Source of the DNA: Octopus vulgaris | Lineage: Eukaryota | Assembly (NCBI GenBank): GCA_951406725.2 | Contig: OX597826.1 | Location: forward strand, 27,528,001-27,592,000 | Length of the DNA stretch: 64,000 nucleotides | Reading direction: 5' to 3' | In this document: positions 27,690-42,122 of the stretch, in pieces | Layout of the letters: each line of letters opens with the position of its first letter | How positions within the stretch are numbered: the stretch's first letter is position 1 | Made by a program: the position numbers and the translations under genes | The notes under the pieces: generated by a model | What the model saw: only the letters and a program-made list of their open reading frames with translations | Databases searched by the model: none | What the model was told of the DNA's origin: nothing

Positions 27690-29120
27690 TCACTTATTTT
27701 CATTCTATAAAGAAATAGTTATATTTCTCCTGTTTACATGTCTACTACGTAATTTTACTTTAACTTAATCTATATAAACACAGTGATAGAATTACAGATG
27801 TATAAAGATATATATTAAATATATGTATATATATATACATAAACTTTTGTTAGTCTTGTATTATATAAAGAGCATTAAAATTTATATATCGGTAAATTAA
27901 GTTTCATACCCAATTAAAATTCAAGCAATCATCAGACGCTAGAAACAATATCTTGAAAATATATTCCAAAACTAATTACATATTAAGTAAAAAAAAATTA
28001 GTTTATACATAGCTGTTGTACAGAGTATATACAGTCTTATATGTGTACTTCCACCGACAGAATGAAATCAAATGACAGTTATTTAAATTGGATAAAATTG
28101 CAAATTTTCTCACTCTTTCATTCTTTTCTTTTACCGTTGCTAAGGCAGAATATTCTAAACTACTTTTACTATCACGTTTTATATTTGTCCTTTTTGGTGC
28201 CTTCTTCAGAATTAAATCCGCTCTCTGACCGCTGCTAACCGAAATTTATTGCAAGTAGCTATTAATCTTTTTTAACTGCTTCCGCTGATAAGAGAACTGC
28301 TGGCCTACTTTACGCGCATAAAGAATTTTGTTTGGAATGATATTCACGCCCTATTTCTATCAAATAGAAATATATTTTAATTTCTATCGAATGTTCTGCC
28401 TACAAAGATAAAAGAAATATTCTTGGGATTTTATTTAATTTGAACCGTTGTTCATGCGATTTAATTCTCTCCGAATATCATATACAATTCGGACCATGAT
28501 ACACACAATGCAAGATCTACATGTACGGATTTCAAATTGTCTCTATATTCCTTATTGAAATATAATACTTGTTTGATATTTATGGAGATTTGGATAAGAA
28601 CGATGCAATGACCGGCATTAAAGAGAAAAATTACATCTATCTGTGTACGAAAAGATAAAAGCCGTTTTACATTCCTCTGCGCCAAAGAAAACAGCAAACT
28701 TCCCAGACATATCAGGTAAAATTATCTCTATTGAAAAAGTAAAAAGCCCCATCTATTTCATTATTTGCTCTATGTTTAAAACTGAGGAGGCAGCTATAGT
28801 ACAAGTTGAAATTGTCGGTAAACTCCGTATAAAAGACTTAGAAGACAACACGGGCTGATTAATGGTTAGCAGTAACCTTTATGTCGCAGTACGGTAAAAT
28901 GGACAAAACAGACACGACGTAGACTTCGAAGTTTTGATAATTCCCCTGATGGCTACGGAGTAATACCAGAACTGTGCCCAGAAAAGCGTGGAAACTAACC
29001 GAAAGCAACTTATGATACAGGGAATAGTTGAATGCTACGAAGAATTAAGAAAATTAAACAAGGAAAAGCGAACTTAAGGAAGAACAATAGCAACAATGAG
29101 ATTAAATCTCAGTTTCCAGA

Positions 29121-29210
29121 GAATCACCATCCAAATGTCTTGCATCCAAGGAATCACCAACCAAATGTCTTGCATCCAAGGAATCACCAACCAAATGTCT
29201 TGCGTCCAAG
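29121..29210. repeat. 30-bp minisatellite, 3 copies
   Basis: gaatcaccaaccaaatgtcttgcatccaag repeated three times with few mismatches. Confidence 0.9.
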
Positions 29211-29269
29211 TATCATAAATATATAAGGAAAACATTTTCTCTCCTAATAATATCAGTCATAGTACAATA

Positions 29270-29576
29270 CATTCATCACAAGATGAGGAAGCAGGTATTG
29301 TTTTCAGTCGTATTTGTTTGACCGTGGACAAGAATCTCAAGAACTGCTGGATGGATTCAGATGAAACTTTCAGTGATGTTTGGCCACATAACTGGCACGA
29401 GCTGATTAGAATTTGGGAACGATCCAGTACCAGACAAGGATTCTGGATTATTTTTTGGGAGCGGTCGGTTTCATTTTTAGTATTCTTGTTTATTTTAAAA
29501 ATCATCTCTAGCTAATCATTGAGAGGACGCTGGTGTTGGCTTGGCGGAATGTTGCGCTCACTGAGGGCTCTTGTTC
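29270..29576 (+). mobile_element. Helentron/HINE-like non-autonomous rolling-circle element, diverged
   Basis: Interior ggtattgttttcagtcgtatttgtttg...gaaactttcag and end cttggcggaatgttgcgctcactgagggctcttgtt resemble HINE/DINE-1-type architecture (subterminal motif plus short hairpin). Confidence 0.45.
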
Positions 29577-29594
29577 TTTTATGTGTTAACTTAA

Positions 29595-29770
29595 ACTTCT
29601 TTCAGTCATTAGACTGCAGTCATGCTGGGGTACCATCTTCAAGAGTTTAGCCGAACAAATGGACATCAGTGTTTATTTTTTAAGACTGGCGCTTATAGAA
29701 TCGGCTTCTTTTGCCGAACCATTAGTTTACTGAGACATAAACAAAACAACACCAGTTGCCAAGTGGTGGT
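29595..29770 (-). mobile_element. SINE family B 3' fragment
   Basis: ttcagtcattagactgcagtcatgctgg...ttttgccgaacc. Confidence 0.7.
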
Positions 29771-30274
29771 GGTAGTGGTGGTGATGGTGATGGTAGGAGG
29801 AGAAACTCAAGCATAAATTCATACATATATGTGTGTGTCTGGGAATGCATGTATATGGATGCATAAACGTGAGTGTGTGTGTAAAAGTACTCTTTCTGTC
29901 GCTATTAACTATTTTGTCAGCAAGTCTGTTGACTATTTACGACTGTGCCTGGAATTTTATATATGATTGACAGTGTTATTCTGCTGACTGATGTCTCCCG
30001 CAGAGGTAATCGGACAGGTAGAAATCACATAATCTGGCGGCTGCTGCGCCGGCAGCAGACAATTCTCGTCTGCCAATGATATGACTATGTGTGCCTTTAT
30101 GCACCAAAAGCCCATATAAGAGGTTCCGACATGGACAATGACAGAAAAATAGTTTGATGAAATTTTATTTCACAATAACAGAATTCTAATATCACGACAA
30201 ACTGTTGCTAAATTAAAGGAGAATTTTTATGAGTATTACCGTATTACTTGAATCCACATATTGTGACTTAAATG

Positions 30275-30401
<127 letters not shown>

Positions 30402-31158
30402 AACGTTTATACGCTTCTACCTACTTTCAATAAAACGAATTATATACACACAAGCTATGGGTTGTCCCAGGTCTATAGCACAAAACACTTGTCTACGTTG
30501 TCGCGCAGTTGGATTAGAAAGTAAGAGAGGAGCAAATCAGAAAATGTCATACATCGGAAAAAGATTAAGCACCTACAAAAAAGAAGGAAAATTCGATATA
30601 AATGGAGGAGACGAAGATGAACGATGGTTCACTGTTCTTCGAAAATCAAGAAAATTTCCAATAGACAAAATTATTCGTTCAAAATTTGTACTAATGACAT
30701 ACAAACAGATAGGTTCAAAATAAACCATATGCAAAAGATAGACTGCTCGTAAAATTAAAATCAATACATACTATTGGACTTCAAAAAAGGAATATCTTCT
30801 ACTGATACTAGAAGGTTTAAGCATCAGTATATGATAGTATAAGTGGCAAAACTATAAAAAAATAAATAAAAGCACTGGCTTCGGTTCCTTCAGCTAGAAC
30901 CCTTCCGGGAAGTACTCTGAAGGGCACAGCATGCAGTACAATAACTGAAACAAGTAAACGTGAGAATATAAGAGATTGCACAACAAGCTTATTTATCGTT
31001 CAATTTATAAACGAAAGAGAACTGTTGTGAAACAATTTAAATTGTCTTTGATGAAAGAGAAAATAAAATATTTTTCTCGTCGACGTCGATCATGCTAATG
31101 GTAATATAATGTTATACAGGTAGCAGAAGCAAGAGCGAAGCTAGTAGTAGTAGTAGTG

Positions 31159-31210
<52 letters not shown>

Positions 31211-31282
31211 CAGTAGTAGTAGCAGCAGCAGCAGTAGTAGTATTTTCATGTGTTGTTTTGGGCGTGTATAACTTTTTTGCTG

Positions 31283-31677
31283 TGGAGGCGCAATGACCCA
31301 GTGACTAGGGCATCGGACTCGCGGTCATAGGATCGCGGTTTCGATACCCAGACCGGGCGGTGTGAGAGCTTATCGAGAGAAAACACCTAAAAGCTCCACG
31401 AGGATCTGGCAGCGTGGTGGGGGTGGCGAACCCTGAAGTACTCTTCCACCACAAATTTCTCTCACACTTTCTTCGTGTTTCTGCTGTACCTGTATTTCAA
31501 AGGGGCCAGCCTTATCACACTCTGTGTCGTGCGGAATCTCCTTGAGAACTACATTAAGGGTATACGTGTCTGTGGAATATTCGGCCAAATTAAATTGCAC
31601 GTTAATTTCACAAGCAGGCTGTTCCGCTGATCAGATCAACTGGAACTCACGTCGTCGCAACCGACGGAGTGCCACAA
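31283..31677 (+). mobile_element. SINE family C, full length
   Basis: tRNA-like head ggaggcgcaatgacccagtgactagggc...ggtttcgatacc; 3' end gtcgtcgcaaccgacggagtgccac. Confidence 0.8.
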
Positions 31678-32239
31678 GTATATATTATTTTCTTGCTATT
31701 TTTTCTAGTCATAATTTTCGTTCTCTATTGGTTTTCCTATGTTTTGCTTGAATAATTTTTTTTATTCTTATCGATGATTTTATTGTTGTTATGGTTGGTT
31801 ATTGATAAATTAACAGCAGCAGCAGTAGTAATAGTAGTAGTAGTTGTTGTTGTTTTTGTAATAGCTGTCGTGTGTGGGTTTGCTGATCTTAAAAGTTGTT
31901 CTTGTTGTGGACGTTGTTTTTGTAATAAACAAGACGTTTTTCCGCTTCAATTCATTTTTGGCAATATTTTGAGAAAGCAGACGATTTTGCGTGTTAATCA
32001 ATATATAAATGAGGCAAAAAGAACATTCAAAAACAAAAAGAAAAACCAGCGCATCATTATCAGCAGCAGCAGCCTCAGCATCATTACTTCTAAACTACAC
32101 TCTCTCCCACGCCACAACGTTACTCTCAGTTTTCCTAATTCTACATGGCACTCTCTGATTCTGTTGCTCTCTCTGCCTCTCCTTGTTCGCGCACACACGC
32201 GTACACACACACGCAGACACATACACGCACACACACATA

Positions 32240-32830
32240 TCTATATATATAAAACTGAGAATGTGTGTGTGTCTGTTTGTTTGTCTGTGTGAATCCCTAA
32301 AACTTGAGAACTACACAACCAATTTCATTCAAATTATTCACATGCCTTACTTAGGGTCCAGGGAGTGTCATGGGCAAAAAACCTTTTTAGGTTTTTGCCT
32401 AGGATGAGCCCACAGCAATATCATATCTTCTCCACTATGAATCCCTAAAACTTGAGAACTACACAACCAGTTTCATTCAAACTTTACACATGCCTTACAT
32501 AGGGTCCATGTAGTGTCATGGGCAAATATATTTTTAACTTCTTGCCTAGGGCGAGCCCACAACAATATCATATCTTCTCTAATAGTTCAGTATTACGTGT
32601 TAAAAGTGAAACAAAAATATCTCTCTATTGTAATGTCAGATACTTTCACTTTAATACTGAAACAATTAAAGTCAAACTATTATATAAGAGGGATGAACCA
32701 TTAACAGTGGACATCCATTTTGCTAGAAGAAGATCCGCTATGGTTTCAAATGCTACACCACTGGTTTTCAATTCATATTAATCAAATTAATATTGAATTT
32801 CTCACCCTTATTATTTTAAATTTAAATTTA
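32240..32830 (+). mobile_element. Non-autonomous Helitron-like 5' portion with a 148-bp internal tandem duplication
   Basis: Starts A|TCTATATATATAAAA followed by a (TG/GTCT)-type microsatellite; unit gaatccctaaaacttgagaactacacaacc...atatcatatcttctc occurs at 32291 and 32439; no 3' CTAG seen. Confidence 0.6.
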
Positions 32831-32979
32831 AACCAAGGACCATGTGTTTTGGAACGAAGTTTGTTACCACACAGCCACACCTGCACCCATGTATGTGTGT
32901 GTGTATGTGTGTATAGCTGTATATGTATACATTCATTTCTATACATATAGATGTATATATATATAAACGTATATGTGTA

Positions 32980-33023
<44 letters not shown>

Positions 33024-33112
33024 TGTACATGTAATATGTACACATATATATTCACATATATACATGCATACATATATACACCCATATGCACATAGACACA
33101 CACACACATACA

Positions 33113-33375
33113 TAGGTTCAGATGTGGCTGTGTGGTAATAAACTTCGTTCCAAAACACATGGTCCTGGGTTCAGTCCCACTGTGTGGTGACTTGGCATGT
33201 GTCTTCTGCTATAGCCTCAGACCAACGAAAGACTTGTCAGTGGTTTTGTAGACAGAAACTGAAAGAAATCAATCGTATATATATATATGTATGTATATAT
33301 TTAAGTGTATGTGTGTGACTTTGTTTCTGTGTTTCACCCTCATCACTGCTTCACAACTGCTGTTCGTTTATTTAC
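33113..33375 (+). mobile_element. SINE family B, 3'-truncated
   Basis: Head gtggctgtgtggtaa...gggttcagtcccactg. Confidence 0.8.
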
Positions 33376-33419
33376 ATCAGAGTATACTTCTTTTGAGCGA
33401 AGAAGGTGTCTGCAAGAAG

Positions 33420-33782
33420 ACATGTACCAAGAATGATAAAAATCGAACATCCAATCAACATCATGTTTGGTGTGATAACTAATGATAGTGAGGTTATGCA
33501 TCCATTCATCATTCCACATGGCCTATCACTCAATACAGAGACCTACATCAAGTGCCTGGAGGAAGTAGTGCTACTATGAGCGAAGAAGGTGTCTGCAAGA
33601 AGACCCTATGTCTGGCAACAAAACTCTATACCACTCCACACAAGCAGGAGAACAAAGTCATGGCTGTCAGACAATTTCTGCGATCACATCACTCCTAGCA
33701 TCTGGCTACCTAACGTCCCAGACCGCAACCTCCTTCACTATCATGTGAGAGGTGCACTTCAGTGAGAGACCAATAAAACCGT
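33420..33782 (+). mobile_element. Decayed DD37D (maT)-like Tc1/mariner transposase fragment
   Basis: Translation MFGVITNDSEVMHPFIIPHGLSLNTETYIKCLEEVVLL*AKKVSARRPYVWQQNSIPLHTSRRTKSWLSDNFCDHITPSIWLPNVPDRNLLHYHVRG matches the WQQDSAPxH...WPPNSPDxNPLDYxVWG pattern. Confidence 0.75.
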
Positions 33783-33834
33783 TCGTAAATAGAGAGACTA
33801 AAAAATCTGCTCGTGAGTAGAAATGAATATTACA

Positions 33835-34040
33835 AAGGTGGCGAAATGCTTAGCGGTATTTCGTCTGCCGCTACGTTCTGAGTTCAAATTCCGCGGAGGT
33901 CGACTTTGCTTTTCATCCTTTCGGGGTTGATTAAATAAGTACCATTCAATCACTGGTGTCGATGTAATCGACTTAATCCCCTTCTTTGTCCTTGTTTGTC
34001 CCTTTTATGTTTAACCCCCTGTGGGCAATAAAGAAATAAA
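33835..34040 (+). mobile_element. SINE family A
   Basis: ggcgaaatgcttagcggtatttcgtctgccgctacgttctgagttcaaattccg plus core. Confidence 0.85.
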
Positions 34041-34304
34041 TCATTTTTATAATCTGTTCCAGAGCTAACCACGAAAATGACATGTTCACCCGTACCTAAA
34101 TTTATGATCCTTTGGTTTGTAACCAGTTTGATAAGTGCTGGCGTACAAAACCAGCCGTGCAGTGGGATTGAAACCGAAACAAAAATGTTACACGCAAATT
34201 CATGAAATTCCCACATTTTCCTCAATCCGGTGCTCCTGCATGGCCGTAGTCCATTGACTGAAACAAGAAAAAGAAAGATGATACAAGGAATACGAAGGTA
34301 AATT

Positions 34305-34520
34305 ATAATCTTTTCTACTCTAAGCACAAGGCCCGAAATTTTGGGAGGAGGGGCAAGTCGATTAGATGGATTCCAGTGCTTAACTGGTACTTAATTTATC
34401 AACCCCGAAAGGATGAAAGGCAAAGTCAACCTCGGCGGAATTTGAACTCAGAACGTAAAGACGAAATACCGCTAAGCATTTCGCCCGGCGTGCTAATGTT
34501 TCGGCCAGCTCGCCGCCTTA
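34305..34520 (-). mobile_element. SINE family A, single-unit full copy
   Basis: Head ...ccagctcgccgcctta at 34505-34520, core, and tail atcttttctactctaagcacaaggccc. Confidence 0.85.
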
Positions 34521-34824
34521 AGGTAAATTATAATATCGTGAGCATCAGACCGTTTGGATTTTAAGTGTATTGTTGAATAAAAACCATCCATATATCGACC
34601 ACATATGTATTTTAACATTTTACACGTAGAAGGACGCGAAGTGCATGTTTATATATACACTCAAACAGACAGACACTCAGACACACCCATACATCAATCT
34701 GTGTGTGTGCAAGCATGCATGTGTGTGTGCGTCAATATATACACAAGCATTCTTATGCACGTATACATGTGTGCATGTGTATGCATTATATGTATATAGA
34801 GACACACAGACATATGCGCATTTG

Positions 34825-34888
<64 letters not shown>

Positions 34889-34982
34889 CAAACATACATG
34901 AATGTATAAACTCAGACTCGTACATGTGTATGCATGTATATATTTACATATATGTTTCTTTGTCTTCTTCTCTTCATTTGGA

Positions 34983-35044
<62 letters not shown>

Positions 35045-35189
35045 GTGTGTGTGTGTATATTTCTTTACATATATAGAGGTGTGTGTTTGTGTGTGAGTTG
35101 TATACATTTATACGCACACATAATGCAAGAGTAATTTGTATGTAGGCTTACATATTTATAGGCTTATATAAATAAATAAATATATAAAT

Positions 35190-35264
<75 letters not shown>

Positions 35265-35914
35265 TACATATATATATGTGTATATGTATATATATTCATA
35301 TGCACGTGTCTGTGTATATATATATATGCTTATACCTCTCTATATATATATACGTCTCTCTCTCTTCATATATATAAATATTTATATGTGTGTACACATA
35401 TAAATATGGGAAGTAAGTATGCCAAAGCCATTATAAAAAAAAACGCTGAAAACAAATGCTTAATTACAACGGAAGTATAATTAATATTTCACCTTTAATC
35501 ATTACAAGTTTCATGTAATAAAGAAAATCTGAAAGTAAGCATAATTTTCTAAAGAATTTATGAGGAAATCTTTCGAAATCCAATTAATACTGAGGTTAAA
35601 ATTCCCATTGATCAAGGTCAGCTAATGATTGATATACTTAACATAAAATTTCCCTTAAAATGTCTCTACCACTGCGTGTAAAGTCTACACGCCTGATAGT
35701 GTATTTGTGAATTTTATTGAAGAAGAAATCTTTTACGGTTTTGGACGAGATAGTGTAAAAATAGATGAGAAATAATAGTGACGTGCTTTAGAAGCAGTTC
35801 AGCTGAAACAGAGTTCAGATTCATACCCTGTCACACGCATACACACACACACACAAATACGAATGAACCAATTATACACACGTAATGAGGAAGCTGTATA
35901 TATATTATGTATGC

Positions 35915-35964
<50 letters not shown>

Positions 35965-36040
35965 GTATAGATATATATGTTTATATTATATATACATATA
36001 TATATAAATACACACACACACATATACACACACACATACA

Positions 36041-36099
<59 letters not shown>

Positions 36100-36104
36100 G
36101 TATG

Positions 36105-36136
<32 letters not shown>

Positions 36137-36157
36137 TACATACATACATATATAAAC

Positions 36158-38729
36158 TTAGATAAACTTAGATATGTTTCGACCAAAGATTGGTCCAGGC
36201 CACGTCTAACTTAATAGCACCACCTGATAGGATTATCTAAATCCTGTTTAAGTCAAGTTTTGTTTATGGTCCATTCAAATAGTGAGTTTTTGTTGGGTGA
36301 GTTGTATCCAATTATGGGTGGCTTATCTGGTATTCCTTGAAGGAATCTATCCAGACTCCGTTTAAAGTTGATGGGATCCTTTTCCTCTTTGATCTCTTTC
36401 GGGACAATGTTAAATAGGGCAGGGCCTGTTGAGGAAAAGAAATTATGTTGCAGTGTACATGTATACTGTGATCTTGAATTGGGCAGGGGACGTATGGCTC
36501 GTGGTCCCAGTCTTGGATGAACCTTGAAGCTAATGTTCAGGTCATTTGGGCAAATTTGGCGGTATGTTCTCCACATCGTACAAATGATGTACCTCTCACA
36601 GCGCCGCTGGAGAGAGTAGAGTTTCAAGGCTTTAAGGCGATCCCAATAATCGAGAGCAGCCATGCCATCAATTCATTTAGTGAGTGCCCTCTGGGGTGAT
36701 TCAATCCTCGAGATGTTTTGTCTTGTATGGGGAGACAACAGTGGGCAGCAGTATTCGAGGTGTGGCCGTACAAAGGAGGAGAAAAATGGTATGATGACAC
36801 CTTGATCTCTGGACCGGAAAGTTCTTAAGATCCAGTAACTCATCCCACTAGCTATATCGACCTTCTTGTTGATGTCTGCACTCCAACTGAGATCGTCATC
36901 AACAATTACACCCAGGTCTCTGATATTGTTAGAGGCTGTGAGTGGTTTCCCTGAAGAAAGAGAGTATGGCTGTTTTAGTGAGGAATTTCTTCCAAAATGC
37001 ATCAGATCAAATTTTCCCTCGTTCAGTTGCATTTTGTTTCTGTCTGCCCATTGACTCACAGCATATAGATCAGACTGGAGTTGAGTTCGGTCTGCTTCTT
37101 CATTGATGATTTGCTGGAGCTTCGTGTCATCAGCAAATATTTTCACTTTGCAGTAATGTACGACACTGGAAAGATCGTTTATGTAAATTATAAAGAGTAG
37201 CGGGCCCAAGACAGTCCCCTAGGGAACACCGCTGGTGACTTTTGATGGGCTTGAGTGGACTCCATCAACTACAACATGTTGTGTTCTATTCGCCAGGAAA
37301 TACTTAATCAAGTGTAGAAGTTTTCCACGGATTCCAACATTTGCCAATTTTGAGAGTAGGATATTATGGTCAACGCTTTACTGAAGTCAAGATATATGAC
37401 ATCAGAGTTCGAACCTGTTCCCAAGGCTTTGAGTACATCTTCAATGTGGTGTAAGAGCTGTGTTAGACAGTCCCTGCCACAGCGAAATCCATGCTGATTT
37501 GCATTTAGGAGTTTGTGGGTCTCCAGGAAGTCAGTTATCCTTGATCTTAATACTCTTTCAAGCACTTTAATGATGTGGGAGGTGAGTGAGATTGGGCGAT
37601 AGTTGACTGCGTGGGATCTGTTTCCCTGTTTGAAAACTGGGATGACAGACTGGGATAGAAGCTGTTTCGGTATATAACCTGAATCTAACGAATTTCTCCA
37701 GAGGTTGGTCAGAGGGACTGCAAGTTGGTGTCTATATTCCTTCAGGAGACTAGCGGGGAATCTATCAGGGTCTACAGCAGAATAGCATTTGACCTCATTT
37801 ATTGCTGCTATGATGTCAGAGGCAGTGAAGGTTATGTCTGAGATTTTATGTTGGGAATCAACTTCGTTCGCTTCTCTTACGTCAATATTAGTGGGAACAC
37901 TAAAGCCAGAGCAGTATTGTTTCTGCAGTATTTCTGCCATTTCTTTAGCATCGTGTTGGGGAATGCCGTTATCATCAATCAATGGCCCAATGGGTGAGAC
38001 AGAGGTTCTATGCTTATTTGGATAAGAATAGAACACTTTTGGGTTCTGTTTGATGTTTTTAATTACCCACTGTTCCTCCACAGCTCTTTGATTTTCAATG
38101 GAGGTTTTCATGTCGGTCTGCAGATGAAGTTTTTCCAACTCTAGCCTTTTCATTGTTGTTGAATGTGGATGTTGTTTGTGGGAATATTTTAATTGGTTTA
38201 ATTGGTTGATTTATTGAGTCTTTTGATGCGCCTGATGAGTGTGTTTTTTTTAGGGAGCCGGTTTCTGTTTGTTTTAGTAGATTTCGTGGGAGCGTGTTTA
38301 GAGCATGTATAGGTGACAATGTTCTCAAAGTGCTGCCATGCAGTCTCAATTTGGGTGGAATTGAGAGTAAAAGACCAGTCGATGAAAGACAGATCCTTTC
38401 TGATTGCTCCCCAGTCCGCTTTGTGGAAGTTTACGTTCTCAAATGAGTGCCATGGAGTGGGATTGGCTGGTTTGGTTTTTATATGTCGGGAATTAAAATT
38501 GCAGAGTACCATGTCGTGGTTTGAGAAAAGAGTTTTTTCAACTGAAATACTGTGAACGAAGCTAGAGTGGTTGGTTAATATTAGATCCAAGATCGTTTTA
38601 ATCTGTCTTGTTGGTTCGAGCACTAGCTGAGTCAGGAAGAATTTATCCATTAGATTAAAGAGTAATTCTGCTGCTGCTTTATCTGATGTAGAGCATTTGC
38701 CTAACTTCAGAGTATTTGTGGGCCAGTTT

Positions 38730-38731
<2 letters not shown>
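36158..38731 (-). mobile_element. 5'-truncated CR1-like LINE, disabled ORF2 (end of AP endonuclease plus reverse transcriptase)
   Basis: Collinear broken ORFs with [71 protein letters not shown] (in-frame stop at ~37220), IFADDTK, RPHLEYC and LKLYSLQRR; short tandem 3' tail (tatctaagtt)x2. Confidence 0.92.
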
Positions 38732-38822
<91 letters not shown>

Positions 38823-38870
38823 ACATATATATAAATACACACACACACATATATATACACACACACATAC

Positions 38871-38951
<81 letters not shown>

Positions 38952-39334
38952 TAAATGGAGAAGAAAAATATATATTGTGGATACTTGGTTACGTTTATGA
39001 GTATCACAAGGAAAAAGTAATATCTATAAGATTCAGTATATAAGTGAACCTGATCAAGAACAGAAATAACCAAAGAAATAACCAAGTTAATGCCGGCATG
39101 TGTTTCAATCGGGCTTAAGGTTTGAATTATTAGCATTCAAGCTATTTTAGATGTAAAAATCACACATTTAGTTAGATACCATCAATGGATAGAGTGCACT
39201 TTCAGGTATATGTATTTGTTATCAATTCATCCTCGAGTAAAAGGTTTTGGAATTTTTTATTGAGCCGCTTTCCTTGTATGATGCATATGACGTTTCTTGC
39301 CGGATTTCCACTTCAGCGCATTGCTCCACATACT

Positions 39335-39609
39335 CTTTTACTTGTTTCTGTCAATTCGACTGCGGCCATGCTGGAGCACCGCATTTAGTCGAGCAAATCG
39401 ACTCCAGAGCTTATTCTTTGTAAGCCTAGTACTTACTCTATCGGTCTATTTTGCCGAACCGCTAAGTTACGGGGACGTAAACACACCAACATTGGTTGTC
39501 AAGTGATGTTGGGGCGGGGGGCAAACACATACACACATACATACATACATACATACATACATACATACACACATACATACATACATACATACATACATAC
39601 ATACATACA

Positions 39610-39641
<32 letters not shown>

Positions 39642-39795
39642 GATATATATACATATATACGACGGGCTTCTTTTAGTTTCCGTCTACCAAATCCACTCAC
39701 AAGGCTTTTGTCCAAGGTGCTATACAGTGGGACTGAACCCGGAACCATGTGACTGGTAAGCAGGCTACTTACCACATAGCCACTACTGCGCTTAT
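39335..39795 (-). mobile_element. SINE family B, full length with internal (TACA)n
   Basis: Reverse complement of the family B head, CORE-like region and tail. Confidence 0.88.
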
Positions 39796-39849
39796 GCATG
39801 TAGCACTTCAAATCAAATAGATGGTTATACTGTACCTTCTTCATATCAG

Positions 39850-40340
39850 CGTTTCCCCAAATGTTCCACACGAAATCGGCAGGAGAAAAGCAGACTCATC
39901 CACATAATTCGCATTGACTACTTTGGTCCGCGGATCTTGATGCTGCAGCTGACTTCACTTACTGAATTCCTCTTTTGTAAGACGCATGTTGAATTCCTTG
40001 CCCCTCAAATAATGCTACACAATCAAAGATTGTCTTTCTCCTCTCGGCTCTGTCAGCTGCTTGTTTGTCCCAATTCTCAGTAGAAATATCACATTTCTTC
40101 AAGTTCATATTATGAAGGTTTTGCATCACTATTTGCGTTCTGAGGTTTTCCTTCGTCCTTGTCTCAATTCCCTGCAAAAGAGTTCTATTGGCATTTCGAT
40201 ATTACCTATTCAAACAAGATGTCTCCTCTACATCAAAACACTTCGAACGATGATGACCTCATCGCTGGCCATTTGAGTTTTTGATAGAATTTCAATATCC
40301 GATATATGAGTGGCCCACTGTTCATTGAAATAATGTCTAG
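39850..40340 (-). mobile_element. RTE-clade LINE 3' remnant
   Basis: NLKKCDISTENWDKQAADRAERRKTI followed by a CELCG zinc-finger-like motif, typical of the RTE ORF C-terminus. Confidence 0.65.
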
Positions 40341-41451
40341 GTCAGGCCTTATTACCTTCCTTGCTTTAACTCTGAGAGTTGAAGCATTGGTATAACCATC
40401 GTATTATGAGCTATCATTCATTTGCATTGATTTATAAAAATACCATTCTATTATACAATTCATAGCATACATATTTGTACAAACGTAAAATAATTTATTG
40501 CGCACTAAAATTAGTATTGCATGATGAACGCTACAGAACGGTCGTAATCCTTAGGATAACAAATGGTTAGATAAATATATTCACCATTCATACCATCTGA
40601 TATTTTGCTTCATATACTCCTAATGAAATTACTTCATCAACTGGGATCTTCTGGATTCGGTTTCGTAGACTTCTGCATTACACCGCATCATATTAGATTA
40701 TTAAATAGCATAGTCGAGTCCACTACAGGACATTTCTTCGATAGCCACATGATTCTATAAATAGACAGCGGTATATGGAGGATAAATACGAGAAGCGGGT
40801 AGAGAAAGACTCCAAGTCAAGTGGAGATGTTTCAGTTAGGAATAGGAACTGTTATACCTTCGGTAGAGAGTCGTTCCTCGACAATAAGAATACATATATC
40901 AACAAGAGGACAATGAAAAAGAAGGAGAAACAAAAGGAAACAAATAATAAACAAAATTGGACAAATGAAAACCAAAATGTGAAGGACCTGCAAATGAAAT
41001 CACATCAGTGAGTTTACACATGATCAGAATAAAAATATATGACCCAGTTAGCAACACTGATGTTTCTTTATATATTTACACTTCTTGCAAATCTCTGATC
41101 GAATTTTCAACTTGTAGTGATGGTGATGTACGTATTTTTCCTTCTCTTTTATTCTGTCAGGTAAAGATCACATGTCATGCATCCAGTCTTGTAGGGTTTT
41201 CGGTCTTAATAATTTTCCATTAAATTTTATAGTTATAAGATCTTTCATGTAATTACCAAAATGTAATAATCTCTAAGATTTGTCACATTTCTATTTTCGC
41301 CATGATTCAGACATGTCGGAAAAATACCTACAATCGTAGATATACACATATACGCACATCTTATTAGAATGAAATATTTACTTATCTGTACGTCTGTGCG
41401 TGTTTGTGTATGCACATATGTATATATGCCTATGTATGTATATATATGTCG

Positions 41452-41492
<41 letters not shown>

Positions 41493-41514
41493 CATACACA
41501 CAAACACACACACA

Positions 41515-41567
<53 letters not shown>

Positions 41568-42074
41568 GCACACCCACTAATATATATATATATATTGCAG
41601 AAGGTTGATAAGTTGTTAAGTAAGCAGCTTTCAAGTGGTAAGTAGCGCGATGTACATATGCGCGGGTTCACATTTTATATTTAAAATCATGCAGACACTT
41701 AAATCTGAATGAAAGTAAAAATAAGATATTACAAGGAAAAAAGCACCACAAATAATGCCATGTATAACCGGAAGACATCGTTCATCTTTGTTTTTATTGT
41801 TTTTTGTTGTTTTTTTTAGCTCGAAAGCTGACAATGGCGTTGCTGGAAATATGCAAAGATACACTATTTAATGTTTCGTGTAGTTCACGAGAGATAAATA
41901 CCTGTCAGTCACATAATGATCACCGACTGATCGGCGTTTCATTAAAGTCTTTGCATTTGGTCTGAGAAATATATATGACATGCGTAATTTACACATGCAA
42001 ACACACACAAATACATACAAGACCAAATCGTATTTCTATAGAAGTCTACGAACAGGACCATATGTATAAGCATG

Positions 42075-42122
<48 letters not shown>

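Noticed and set aside
29121-29210. 30-bp repeats as a possible CRISPR array
   Set aside because: The units are directly adjacent with no unique spacers, the context is eukaryotic, and no cas genes are present.
30515-30830. Possible L1-type zinc-knuckle remnant
   Set aside because: The motif similarity needs several assumed frameshifts and cannot be supported by eye.
31283-31360. tRNA gene
   Set aside because: The tRNA-like A/B boxes continue into a SINE body shared with 2459-2745, and the acceptor stem does not close.
38198-39136. 312-aa ORF as an intact gene
   Set aside because: It is a chimera of unrelated flank, (TA)n repeat and the truncated LINE endonuclease tail.
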